Of a stretch of 64,000 nucleotides of DNA, positions 29,141 through 40,202 are shown in pieces. The translations under genes and the position numbers were made by a program. The notes below the pieces were generated by a model, which was not told the origin of the DNA, searched no databases, and saw nothing but the letters and a program-made list of their open reading frames with translations. Source of the stretch: Eledone cirrhosa (taxonomy: Eukaryota). How positions within the stretch are numbered: position 1 is the first letter of the stretch; each line of letters opens with the position of its first letter. Location of the stretch: the NCBI GenBank assembly GCA_964016885.1, contig OZ024764.1, positions 5,704,001 to 5,768,000 of the forward strand, in the 5' to 3' direction.

Positions 29141-29930
29141 ATAAATTAATAAAATAATGAATAAACAAAGAAACAGTTCCTTATATTAAAAGAATTCATC
29201 ATTTTACGATCGTTTCTAGGATATATATGTGTTAGAGTTGGTATGCATATTCTATAGATCTATGTACAATATTTATACAAACTATCAGAGGGAATATACA
29301 TACCTACACATATATATGAAGACAGCATATATATGTGTAGGTAAGGATTAAAATACTGGAGCGTGTTGGAGTTAAACACCCTCTTCGTATTATAGAAATG
29401 ACAGTAAAAGGTATGTATATATATATGTGTAGGTATGTATATTCCCTCTGATAGTTTGTATAAATATTTTACATAGATCTATATGATATACATACCAACA
29501 CTAACACATATATATCCTAGAAACGATCGTAAAATGATGAATTTTTTTAATATCAGATATATATGTGTTAGTGTTGGTATGCATATTCTATAGATCTATG
29601 TAAAATATTTATACAAACTATCAGAGGGAATATACATACCTACACATATATATATACATACCTTTTACTGTCATTTCTATAATACGAAGAGGGTGTTTAA
29701 CTCCAACACGCTCCAGTATTTTAATCCTTACCTACACATATATATGCTGTCTTCATATATATGTGTAGGTATGTATATTCCCTCTGATAGTTTGTATAAA
29801 TATTGTACATAGATCTATATGATATGCATACCAACTCTAATACATATATATCCTAGAAACGATCGTAAAATGATGAATTTTTTTAATATAAGGAACTGTT
29901 TCTTTGTTTATTCATTATTTTATTAATTTA
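29141..29930. repeat. Complex nested inverted-duplication element
   Basis: Outer arms are reverse-complementary, and internal blocks repeat in alternating orientation (actatcagagggaatatacatacc / ggtatgtatattccctctgatag). Confidence 0.85.
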
Positions 29931-29952
29931 TATATATATATATATATATATA

Positions 29953-30143
29953 TAACAAAGGAAATGTGGTAAGGAACCAGGTGGACCATAACGCACCAAA
30001 GTACTCAATACTTAGGGTAGTAGAGTGGGTAATAGGAACAAGTAAGACCCCGACGGCTGAGCTCAAGCCGTTTCGACGGCTAAGTCCAGAATTAGCCGTC
30101 GAAACGGCTTGAGCTCAGCCGTCGGGGTCTTACTTGTTCCTAT
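29953..30143. mobile_element. Second copy (inverted) of the 10225-10432 fold-back element
   Basis: Near-identical sequence; palindrome 30032-30143 with a different loop. Confidence 0.85.
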
Positions 30144-30154
30144 ATATATATATA

Positions 30155-30342
30155 TGAGGGTCTGCTGAAAATTTCATAGGCTGACCAAGATACTCTCATG
30201 GAAGGACCAAATGAGGTTTATTCTTAAGAGACAATGCAGTTATTGATATGAACAGTTGAAATTTATGGATGCAATATTTCGCAGCACTAGCATCACTCAT
30301 TCACAATCATAGTCAGCCTATGAATTTTTCAGCCCACCCTCG
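30155..30342. mobile_element. Tc1/mariner-type MITE
   Basis: TA-flanked TIRs tgagggtctgctgaaaatttcataggctgac / gtcagcctatgaatttttcagcccaccctcg. Confidence 0.8.
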
Positions 30343-30386
30343 TAAACTGAGAAGAGGAGAGTTAGAGGAGAAGGCAGAGAAATTAC

Positions 30387-30551
30387 ATCCAGTTAGACAG
30401 GGTGGCCATCAGGCTATGTCCAGTTAGACAGGGTGGCCGTCAGGCTATGTCCACTTAGACAGGATGGCCGTCAGGCTATGTCCAGTTAGACAGGGTGGCC
30501 GTCAGGCTATGTCCAGTTAGACAGGATGGCCGTCAGGCTATGTCCAGTTAG
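30387..30551. repeat. 31-bp tandem repeat (~5 units) starting at the predicted NF-YB stop codon
   Basis: gtccagttagacagggtggccgtcaggctat, period 31. Confidence 0.9.
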
Positions 30552-30577
30552 CCCTCCCTGAATATCTGCTGTGACAT
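30548..30577 (-). CDS. NFYB: NF-YB predicted last coding exon (MSQQIFREG*)
   Basis: Strong acceptor ttttttttcattcttcttttccag; phase 0 matches the previous exon; QQI resembles the NF-YB C-terminus; TAA at 30548-30550. Confidence 0.6.
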   Translation of the reverse strand: MSQQIFREG

Positions 30578-30779
30578 CTGGAAAAGAAGAATGAAAAAAA
30601 ATTGAAAAATTTTCAGGTGGTGTTTTGTTTTTTTTTAACACTATTTATTAACTGTTTAGACTACACGTTGCTGAAGAGATTCAATTAGACTGAAACATCT
30701 CCAGAGTTGTTGCATCTTGCAGCTTTTTAACATTTATCATAAACAGCAAAGAAGTTCAGGGAGATAATACTGCTGTTAG

Positions 30780-31810
30780 CTACAGGGGAGACTGTATGTT
30801 GCATGGAAGTAAGACCTGGGCATTATGTGCAGGGGACCTGAAAAGATTGGAAACAAATGAAGCATGTATGCTTCGATGGATGTGTAATAGTAATATACAC
30901 GAACGGCAAAGCTTGACTGAGTTAAGAGAGAAATGACTCCAGTGTGCGAAGTGTGATGTTGTATGGTAGTGCTACATGGGCTGTGACTGTAGAAGACATG
31001 TGGTGCTACATGGTAGTGAAACATGGGGCTGTGGCTGTAGAAGACATGCGGTGCTACATGGTAGTGAAACATGGGCTGTGACTGTAGAAGACATGCGGTG
31101 CTACATGGTAGTGAAACATGGGCTGTGGCTGTAGAAGACATGCAGTGCTACATGGAATGTGACTGTAGAAGACATGTGGTGCTAGATGGTAGTGAAACAT
31201 GGGCTGTGGCTGTAGAAGACATGTGGTGCTACATGGTAGTGAAACATGAGCTGTGACTGTAGAAGACATGTGGTGCTACATGGTAGTGAAACATGAGCTG
31301 TGACTGTAGAAGACATGCGGTGCTACATGGTAGTGAAACATGGGCTGTGGCTGTAGAAGACATGTGGTGCTACATGGTAGTGAAACATGGGCTGTGACTG
31401 TAGAAGACATGCAGCATAGACTGGAGAGGAATGAAGCAACCATACTTCGTTGAATGTGCAATGTAAGTGTAAGAGAGAGGCAGAGCTTGGACAAGTTGAG
31501 GAAGAAGCTGGGTTTAAGAAGGATCTGAGGTGGTGTGTAGGAGAGAAGACTGCATTGGTATGGACATGCAATGTGTATAGATGATGATCACTGAGTGAAG
31601 AAGTGCCAGGAAATCCCTGTGGAAGTAAGTCACAGTAGAGGCAGACCAGGAAAGACCTGGGCAGAAGTTGTGAGAGCTGATCTCAAATCACTGAGACTCA
31701 CAGAGGAGATGACGAAGGATTGAGACTAGTGGAGGGACACCGCACTGAGACGGACCCGTCAAACCCATGCAAGTGTGGAAAAACGGACATAAAAACGGTG
31801 ATGATGATGG
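30780..31810 (+). mobile_element. RTE LINE 3' fragment with internal 47-bp tandem expansion (~30960-31410) of the LHGSETWAV segment
   Basis: Unit gtgctacatggtagtgaaacatgggctgtggctgtagaagacatgtg; downstream RLERNEA, RRLHWYGH and a (GAT)n tail. Confidence 0.88.
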
Positions 31811-31854
31811 TACATAGAACAAACACACAAATATATATATATATATACACTTAC

Positions 31855-31931
31855 TGGGCCTGCATATGTAGCATAGAGGACACTCTGTTGTGTAGACTGG
31901 TCTGTTGATAACATGTTGCTTGACAAAGCAG
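31855..31931 (-). CDS. NFYB: NF-YB exon ((T)ALSSNMLSTDQSTQQSVLYATYAGP)
   Basis: ctcttatatttcag acceptor and gtaagt donor; phase 1 to 0 fits both neighbours; resembles the NF-YB C-terminal TTDGQQQNVMVY region. Confidence 0.8.
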
Positions 31932-31966
31932 CTGAAATATAAGAGGCAGTTCTGATTTAGTGTCTG

Positions 31967-32007
<41 letters not shown>

Positions 32008-32139
32008 AAGGTTATATTTAATTTGTTGGGATTCAACAAGCTTAAAAATGTTTATAACTGATATAAAGCACTCAACAGATTAGTGGAGTAAATATACAAT
32101 ATATTAATAAATGGAAACTATATTTATAAAACCATATTT

Positions 32140-32203
32140 ATTTTATTATATATATTTCAAGGGCAACCAAGGCAAATTATGGTGCGCTTTCATCAGATAA
32201 AAT
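32140..32203 (-). ncRNA. Type I hammerhead ribozyme, solitary, in NF-YB intron, sense orientation
   Basis: Reverse complement: attttat CTGATGA aagcgcacca..tggttgccctt GAAA tatata TA ataaaat. Confidence 0.78.
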
Positions 32204-32499
32204 TAATTATAGAGATATAAAAGATACGGAAGTGAAAACCAACCGAAACTAAACAGTGAGTGTGTTCTGTTATTATATATGACCTTCCCCAAGTATAACA
32301 ATATATATATATATAACAAAGAAGATGTGGTAAGATACCAGGTACCAGGTGGACCATAACACACCAGAGTACTCGATACCTGGGGCAGTAGAGTGGGTAT
32401 TAGAAAAAGAGTCAGGACCCCAATGGCTGAGCTTCAGCCGTTTCAACAGTTAGATCCAAACTTTTCTGCCAACCCTCGAATATATGTAGGTATGTATAT

Positions 32500-33078
32500 A
32501 TATGGATGGACTGGACACCTCTGCAGAATGGAGGATGATCGAATCCCAAAACAACTCTTGTATGGCGAGCTTTGTGAGGGTAAGAGACCACCTCACTAAC
32601 CTAGGCTTCGATTCAAAAACTGGTTTGATGATGGCTGACTGGGAGATAGAAGCTCTTGAAAGAGAAACTTGGCGTGGAATGATGAATGATGGGTTCCATA
32701 ATTTTGAGGACAGGTGCATAGAGCATGAGAAGATCAAACGGGACGTGTGTAAGCAATGCCCTGGTGTATCTCTCGAAATGATCGGTGTCTCCATTGAATT
32801 GAAGTGCCCTGAGTGTGGAAAAATTTGCTTGAGCAAATCTGGTCTCAGAAGCCACAGTCGCAGCCATGTTAAGAGAGAACCAGTGAACTATGATCTCCAC
32901 GGTGTCGTGAGGGTTCATGGGCAACCTGATGCAGGACCTCAAGCCAGGGAGATCCATAATTGTCATCAGTGTGTGAAGGAGTGCAAGTCTCTAACAGGCT
33001 TGAAAAGCCATATCCGAGTGTCACACATCTGAATCTAACAAGCGATTGCAATACTCTTAGCAGAGTTTGCAGCCAACA

Positions 33079-33080
<2 letters not shown>
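32500..33080 (+). mobile_element. RTE (BovB-like) LINE 3' fragment with two C2H2 zinc fingers
   Basis: WTGHLCRMEDDRIPKQLLYGEL..GKRP; CPECGKICLSKSGLRSHSRSH and CHQCVKECKSLTGLKSHIRVSH. Confidence 0.8.
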
Positions 33081-33132
<52 letters not shown>

Positions 33133-33194
33133 ATATATTTATATATATATATAAATAATATATAAGATCAAAAGATGGTTAAAAGAGTTCCATG

Positions 33195-33265
33195 TATTTT
33201 ATTATGCGCATTTCAAAAACAAATATCATCATGCAATAACATTTGCGTTTTCGTCAGATAAAATA
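33195..33265 (-). ncRNA. Type I hammerhead ribozyme
   Basis: Reverse complement: tattttat CTGACGA..GAAA tgcgca TA ataaaata. Confidence 0.8.
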
Positions 33266-33362
33266 GGGAGACACTTGTGAATAGTGCAGTTTTAAATCAA
33301 CATATGTTGATTTAAAACTGCACTATTCACAAGTGTGTTTTAACCTTCATATCATGTCTCCC

Positions 33363-33433
33363 TATTTTATCTGATGAAAACGCAAATGTTATTGCATGAT
33401 GATATTTGTTTTTGAAATGCGCATAGTAAAATA
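33363..33433 (+). ncRNA. Type I hammerhead ribozyme
   Basis: tattttat CTGATGA(33371-33377)..GAAA(33414-33417) tgcgca TA gtaaaata. Confidence 0.8.
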
Positions 33434-33619
33434 CATGGAACTCTTTTAACCTTCTTTTGTTCTTATATATTATGTATACTCCAGTCCTACAAACTGTAGA
33501 GTGCTTCTTATCCGATATCTGCATTGCTTTATTGTACTACAATAAAACTCACCTCCTACATATATATTTATATAATATATTTATATTATATATATATATA
33601 TATATTTATATAATATATT

Positions 33620-33683
<64 letters not shown>

Positions 33684-33751
33684 ATATATTTATATATATT
33701 TATATATTTATATAATATATTTATATATATATATACACACACACATATATT

Positions 33752-33940
33752 CGAGGGTGGGCAGAAAAGTTCACAGGCTGACTATGAAGGAGTGGTGCTA
33801 GAGCTGTGAAATCTTGCATCCATTAATTTCAACTCTTCTTATTAATAAATCCAGTGTTTCTTTCCAGGGAGTATGTTGAAAAATAAACCTTATTTGGTCA
33901 TTCCATGAGAGTATCTTGGTCAGCCTATGAACTTTTCAGT
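33752..33940. mobile_element. Tc1/mariner-type MITE (same family, inverted)
   Basis: cgagggtgggcagaaaagttcacaggctgac...gtcagcctatgaacttttcag. Confidence 0.75.
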
Positions 33941-34214
33941 CTATGTACACACACACAAACATATATAGATATATATATACATTTCCACACATACATATAT
34001 ATAGATATATGTAAACATGCACACAGACATATATAGATATATGTTCACACACACATATATATAAATGTATGTACACATACACACACACAAACATAGATGA
34101 ATCTAAACACACTGACATATATATAGATATATACTACATATATACATATATATATATATATACACATATATATATGTTTGTGTACACATACACACGTAGC
34201 CAGAGATAACGACA

Positions 34215-35465
34215 CCACCGCATGCCAAGCATCGTACAATCTGCCCTTCATTTTTAGCTCTCTGAACTTTTTCCATCCCGTTCTAACGCTGGCTACTGTA
34301 CTTTCAGTTCACCCTCCTCCACTGCTGATTTCGTCACCCAAGTAATGGAAAGTCTCAACTATTTCTATAGAGCAGTGTGGGCAATTGAAGGAGCTAGTAT
34401 CCTGTGGGCACTTGCAACTTTCTACATACTAGAACTTTAGTCTTAGACAAGTTAACTTTAAGACCTTTTGATACTAGGCCATGCTTCCATGTTTGGAATT
34501 TCTTCTCTAGTTCTGCTATATATTCAGCTATGAGAGTTAGATCATCTGCATATAGAAGTTCCCATGGGCAGCTGGTCTTAAACTCCTCTGTTATAGCCTG
34601 AAGAGCAATAATAAACAGGAGGGGGCTAAGGACAAAGCCTTGATGAACACCAACTTTTACACTAAATTCTTCACAATATTCATTATTGTTAATTCTAACC
34701 TTACCGACTGTTCTTCTAAACATGGCTTGTATAGCTCTCACAGGCCATTCATCAACACCTAGTTTTCTAAGAGCCCACCAGATAATGGAGCGGGGGACTC
34801 TGTCAAAGGCTTTCTCCAAGTCAACAAAAGCTAAGTAGAGGGGTATCTATGGTACCTGACACAAACCCAAACTGTATTTCATCTAGATCAATTCAGTCTC
34901 TAATCAGTTGAGTAATAACTCTTTCAGAGACCTTTATGACCTGGTCAACTAATTTAATGTCTCTATAGTTGCCTCTATCCAGGGCGTCTCCTTTGCCCTT
35001 GTAACAGTTGATGATGATGCTGCTACGCCAGTCATTTGGTATGACCACATTCTGTATTACTTAGTTTACTATCTGGGTGACCATAGTATGTTCCACCATT
35101 CCAGATACCTTCAACATTTCAGCAACTATCCCCAAAGGCCCAGCTGCCTTGCCTGTCTTCATATCTCTGATTGCCTTACTTATTATACCTTCCGTTAACT
35201 TGCACAGCTGGTCCTTCTGTTGGATCAATGTGGGGCAGACTATCTTTATTCCATTCATTCTCCTCATTCAGTAGTATTTCGTAGTGACACTTCCAAGCTA
35301 CCTTCTTATCAGTATCAGTGAGGGCAAGTATACCATCGTCATTACGGACACATGTCTCCTTGACACATTGTCTCACAATCCTGAACACCTCACGTCTTTG
35401 GTACTCGCATTACAGAACATGCTTAAATTTTTTTATCTTCTGCTTCCCTTCTTGTAAAGTACACT
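34215..35465 (-). mobile_element. Degenerate RTE LINE RT fragment
   Basis: EKAFDRVPR, GVHQGFVLSPLLF, LLYADDL, GKAAGPLGIVAEMLK. Confidence 0.9.
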
Positions 35466-35484
35466 TATAATAATAATAATAATA

Positions 35485-36060
35485 ATGAAATTATTGTGTA
35501 AAGTGCTCAGGTGCACTACAACTCGTCAAAGGTGTATGTATAGTACATAGAATAATACACAAATGTCAGGGAAGTACATGTGTGTATGTGTTAGCTGTAG
35601 TGTTGGCGGATCTCGGGAAGCATGGAGGCCTTAAAGGCTGCAGTGTCTCGACAGCTAACAACTGATGCAGGTAGTTTGTTCCATGGAGGCCTTAAAGGAT
35701 GCAGTGTCTCGACAGCTAACAACTGATGCAGGTAGTTTGTCCCATGGAGGCCTTAAAGGATGCAGTGTCTCGACAGCTAACAACTGATGCAGGTAGTTTG
35801 TTCCATGGAGGTTTTAAAGGATGCAGTGTCTCGACAGCTAACAACTGATGCAGGTAGTTTGTTCCATGGAGGTTTTAAAGGATGCAGTGTCTCGACAGCT
35901 AACAACTGATGCAGGTAGTTTGTTCCATGCTTCAGCAACTCTGAGCGGGAAAAAATGTTTCCGAAAGTCATGGGAACTGTGCTGTTTTGTTACTTTGTGG
36001 GCATGTCCACGTGTGTTAGACACATGGAAATCAAAAAGGTACTCAGGGTTGTTGTTGGCA
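35485..36060 (-). mobile_element. CR1-type LINE 3' end with internal 61-bp tandem expansion (~35620-35928)
   Basis: TRGHAHKV..RKHFFPLRVAEAWNKLPASVVSCRDTASFKTSM; (ATT)n tail on the minus strand. Confidence 0.85.
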
Positions 36061-36209
36061 ACATGGTTATCGTCTAGCTTATCTCCTAGCTACCTGGTGG
36101 TGTTCTCTACTTCCTCCATCCCACCATTCTTTCAATGGTACCCCCTTTTTTGGTGAGGAAGAGACGAGAAAAACAAAATAGACAAATATAAAGAGCCAGA
36201 GTTACTCAC

Positions 36210-36288
36210 TATAAGGTTCATCAAGTTCCTCTCCTGGATTTTCACTCATCATTGCATTAGGGTTCATACCTTTCTCGCCTTTAGCAGA
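36210..36288 (-). CDS. NFYB: NF-YB exon (SAKGEKGMNPNAMMSENPGEELDEPY)
   Basis: tttcag acceptor and gtgagt donor; phase 0 to 1; KGEKG follows KYRE as in metazoan NF-YB. Confidence 0.88.
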
Positions 36289-36359
36289 CTGAAATAGGGA
36301 TGAGAGAAACATTATAACAGAGGTCACACCCTGTATGGTGATCTGGTGGCACAGCAAAA

Positions 36360-36718
36360 GAAAAGCACCTAGTCCACCCTGTAAGGTGGTTGTGTTGGTG
36401 ACACAACTAAAAGCACCCAGTCCATCCTGTAAGGTGGTTGTGTTGGTGACACAACTAAAAGCACCCAGTCCACTCTATAAGGTGGTTGTGTTGGTGACAC
36501 AACTAAAAGCACCCAGTCCACCCTGTAAGGTGGTTGTGTTGGTGACACAACTAAAAGCACCCAGTCCACTCTGTAATGTGGTTGTGTTGGTGACACAACT
36601 AAAAGCACCCAGTCCATCCTGTAATGTGGTTGTGTTGGTGACACAACTAAAAGCAACCAGTCCGCCCTGTAATGTGGTTGTGTTGGTGACACAACTAAAA
36701 GCACCCAGTCCACCCTGC
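36360..36718. repeat. 48-bp minisatellite derived from the RTE-tail SINE
   Basis: aaaagcacccagtccaccctgtaaggtggttgtgttggtgacacaact x~7. Confidence 0.9.
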
Positions 36719-37561
36719 TACAGGGATCAGAGAAACATATGATAGAAGTTTGGAACATAACTTAACATATGGAAGGTTTATACAACAAAAAAAGCACCCA
36801 GTGTACTCTGTAAAGTAGTTTTGTTAGTGACACAAAGAAAGAGCACCCAGTACACCCTGTAAAGTGGTCGTGTTGCATAAATTGCCCAGTTCACACTGTA
36901 ACTTTGCCTTTCATCCATTGAAGGTCGATAAACAAAAAGTACCAGTCAGGTACTGGGGTCAATTCTTGCTCTATATCTCTTTTTCATTCTCTATCCTTCT
37001 CTGGAAAAAAATCTGGTGTATTCAGACTTGGAGAAGAGAGAGGCTCCACTGGGTTTAAAAATGCCCTAAAGACACAGTATGTCAATACGGGTGCCCCCAG
37101 CAACTCCCTCAGGTGATATGGGTCCATACATCATCATCGTTTAACGTCCATCTTCCACGCTAGCATGGGTTTGGACGGGAATTTTCCCCCTTGAGGCAAG
37201 ATTGGTTGTCTTGCTCAGGACTGTCTGGCGGGTTTTCTACGGCTGGATGCCCTTCCTAACACGAACAACGTTTACAGTGTGGACTGGGAGGTTTTTACCG
37301 TGTTACCTACACGGCCACATTACAGCGTGGACTGTGTGTTTTTTGTCGTGACACCTACACGACCTCATTTGTTTCGGACTGGATGTTGTGGTACCAACAT
37401 AACTTTACATCAAAAGGGGTGGTGTAGATGGGGTGGGGGTAGTGGGACGGGGGTGTATTTTGGTAAGGGTGCCGACTGACTGTAGGTTTCGCTTTGTACT
37501 TAGGCAAGGCGGGTCTTCTGTGTTACTGCGTAGCGCCAAAGATCTTGGTCCAGAGACATTG

Positions 37562-38310
37562 TCTCTGAATTGAGAGATCACAGCTCTGATACTACAGACA
37601 TGTGGTTAGAATGTCTCAATTCAGAGATTCTTTCCTGAGATATTCTAACCCCATGTCTGTAGTATCAGAGCTGTGATCTCTCAATTCAGAGATTCTTTCC
37701 TCAGACATTCTAACCACATGTCTGAGGAAAGAATCTCTGAATTGAGAGATCACAGCTCTGATACTACAGACATGTGGTTAGAATGTCTGAGGAAAGAATC
37801 TCTGAATTGAGAGACCACAGCTCTGATACTACAGACATGTGGTTAGAATGTCTGAGGAAAGAATCTCTGAATTGAGAGATCACAGCTCTGATACTACAGA
37901 CATGTGGTTAGAATGTCTGAGGAAAGAATCTCTGAATTGAGAGATCACAGCTCTGATACTACAGACATGTGGTTAGAATGTCTGAGGAAAGAATCTCTGA
38001 ATTGAGAGATCACAGCTCTGATACTACAGACATGTGGTTAGAATGTCTCAGGAAAGAATCTCTGAATTGAGAGATCACAGCTCTGATACTACAGACATGT
38101 GGTTAGAATGTCTCAGGAAAGAATCTCTGAATTGAGAGATCACAGCTCTGATACTACAGACATGTGGTTAGAATGTCTGAGGAAAGAATCTCTGAATTGA
38201 GAGACCACAGCTCTGATACTACAGACATGTGGCTAGAATGTCTCAGGAAAGAATCTCTGAATTGAGAGATCACAGCTCTGATACTACAGACATGTGGTTA
38301 GAATGTCTCT
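37562..38310. repeat. Second array of the 65-bp satellite, with an internal inversion (~37617-37722)
   Basis: Same unit as 1277-2240; RTE-like 3' flank at 38310-38490. Confidence 0.92.
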
Positions 38311-38585
38311 GGGAAGAATTGCTGGACAGATTTTACGGGTGAAATCCAGCGTTAGACCCCAAGCAAGATGGTTGGATAACATCCATGAGCTTGGCTGGTG
38401 TCGCTTGGGGACGGTTACTTCTGACAGGACCCTACTAGAAGGAGTACTTGAGGACTCTTCCCCCACGACCCTCTCAAAAATAAATGGGCAAAGAAGTTGT
38501 GAATTAGTACGAGTGGGGAAAATACGAAGCTAGGGAATGTCTCCGTTTCCTGGCCCCTCCCAAATGACCCACACAATCAGCTTAC

Positions 38586-38715
38586 CTCTCTGTATTTCTG
38601 TAAGTACAACTTTAAGGGGTCAACATAATTGTCGAAGCCCAAGGTAGACATAGCAAACAAGATATCCTCTCCGTTGATTGTCTTTCGTTTCTCATGCTGG
38701 CATCTCTCACTGGCC
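38586..38715 (-). CDS. NFYB: NF-YB histone-fold exon ([43 protein letters not shown])
   Basis: Near-identical to the canonical NF-YB/CBF-A core; AG at 38716-38717 and GTAAG donor; phase 2 to 0. Confidence 0.97.
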
Positions 38716-40102
38716 CTGGGTTAAAGAAACATCAGGGTCAAGGAGAAATAATTTACATTATTTAGATTCATATAAATCAGAAAACAGCACAGCTCCCATG
38801 ACTTTCAGAAACATTTTTTCACGCTCAGAGCTGCTGAAGCATGGAACCGACTACCTGCATCAGTTGTTAGCTGTTGAGACACTGCATCCTTTAAAACCTC
38901 CATGGAACAAACTACCTGCATCAGTTGTTAGCTGTTGAGACACTGCATCCTTTAAAACCTCCATGGAACAAACTACCTGCATCAGTTGTTAGCTGTCTGG
39001 GCACTACATCCTTTAAAACCTCCATGGAACAAACTACCTGCATCAGTTGTTAGCTGTTGAGACACTGCATCCTTTAAAACCTCCATGGAACAAACTACCT
39101 ACATCAGTTGTTAGCTGTCGAGACACTGCATCCTTCAAAACCTCCATAGAACAAACTACCTGCATCAGTTGTTAGCTGTCGAGACACTGCATCCTTTAAA
39201 ACCTCCATGGAACAAACTACCTGCATCAGTTGTTAGCCGTCGAGACACTGCATCCTTTAAAACCTCCATGGAACAAACTACCTGCATCAGTTGTTAGCCG
39301 TCGAGACACTGCATCCTTTAAAACCTCCATGGAACAAACTACCTGCATCAGTTGTTAGCCGTCGAGACACTGCATCCTTTAAAACCTCCATGGAACAAAC
39401 TACCTGCATCAGTTGTTAGCCGTCGAGACACTGCATCCTTTAAAACCTCCATGGAACAAACTACCTGCATCAGTTGTTAGCCGTCGAGACACTGCATCCT
39501 TCAAAACCTCCATGGAACAAACTACCTGCATCAGTTGTTAGCTGTCGAGACACTGCATCCTTTAAAACCTCCATGGAACAAACTACCTGCATCAGTTGTT
39601 AGCCGTCGAGACACTGCATCCTTCAAAACCTCCATGGAACAAACTACCTGCATCAGTTGTTAGCTGTCGAGACACTGCATCCTTTAAAACCTCCATGGAA
39701 CAAACTACCTGCATCAGTTGTTAGCCGTCGAGACACTGCATCCTTCAAAACCTCCATGGAACAAACTACCTGCATCAGTTGTTAGCTGTCGAGACACTGC
39801 ATCCTTTAAAACCTCCATGGAACAAACTACCAGCATCAGTTGTTAGCTGTCGAGACACTGCATCCTTTAAAGCCTCCATGGAACAAACTACCAGCATCAG
39901 TTGTTAGCTGTCGAGACACTGCATCCTTTAAAACTTCTAGGCTTCCTGAAATTCACCAACACTACACCTGATATTCCCCCTCCATACACATGCATTTATG
40001 TGTGTCTCTGTGAAGCAACACGGGTGGTGCCCCAGCATGGCCTCAGCTGGTTGGCTAGAACAAGTAAAAGATTAAAAGCGTCATATATTTTAAAAAGGAT
40101 AC
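38716..40102 (-). other. U12-type (minor spliceosome) GT-AG intron of NF-YB
   Basis: 5' splice site GTATCCTTTTT (40092-40102); branch-like TCCTTGAC at 38737-38744; phase 2. Confidence 0.85.
38778..39995 (+). mobile_element. CR1-type 3' fragment with ~17-unit 61-bp tandem expansion (~38840-39932)
   Basis: Unit catggaacaaactacctgcatcagttgttagctgtcgagacactgcatcctttaaaacctc; inverse of the 35620-35928 array. Confidence 0.9.
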
Positions 40103-40170
40103 TCGCTGGTGATGAAGCTGATGAATTCTGATACACATTCCTGTACACATTCCTTGGCATCTTTTGCTAT
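40103..40170 (-). CDS. NFYB: NF-YB histone-fold exon ([23 protein letters not shown])
   Basis: Diagnostic NF-YB motif; atatttccag acceptor; 68 nt, phase 0 to 2. Confidence 0.97.
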
Positions 40171-40202
40171 CTGGAAATATAAGGGCAGACATATATGGTG
40201 AA

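Larger units (their letters stand above)
33160..33560. mobile_element. Second copy (inverted) of the hammerhead-bearing fold-back element
   Basis: Near-identical to 25285-25701; one arm has a ~20-bp deletion. Confidence 0.85.

Noticed and set aside
30668-30705. CTGAAGA...GAAA hammerhead-like core
   Set aside because: No convincing stem I, II or III pairing.
36210-36288. Collagen-like AKGEKG motif
   Set aside because: Only two Gly-X-Y triplets; explained as the NF-YB KGEKG segment.
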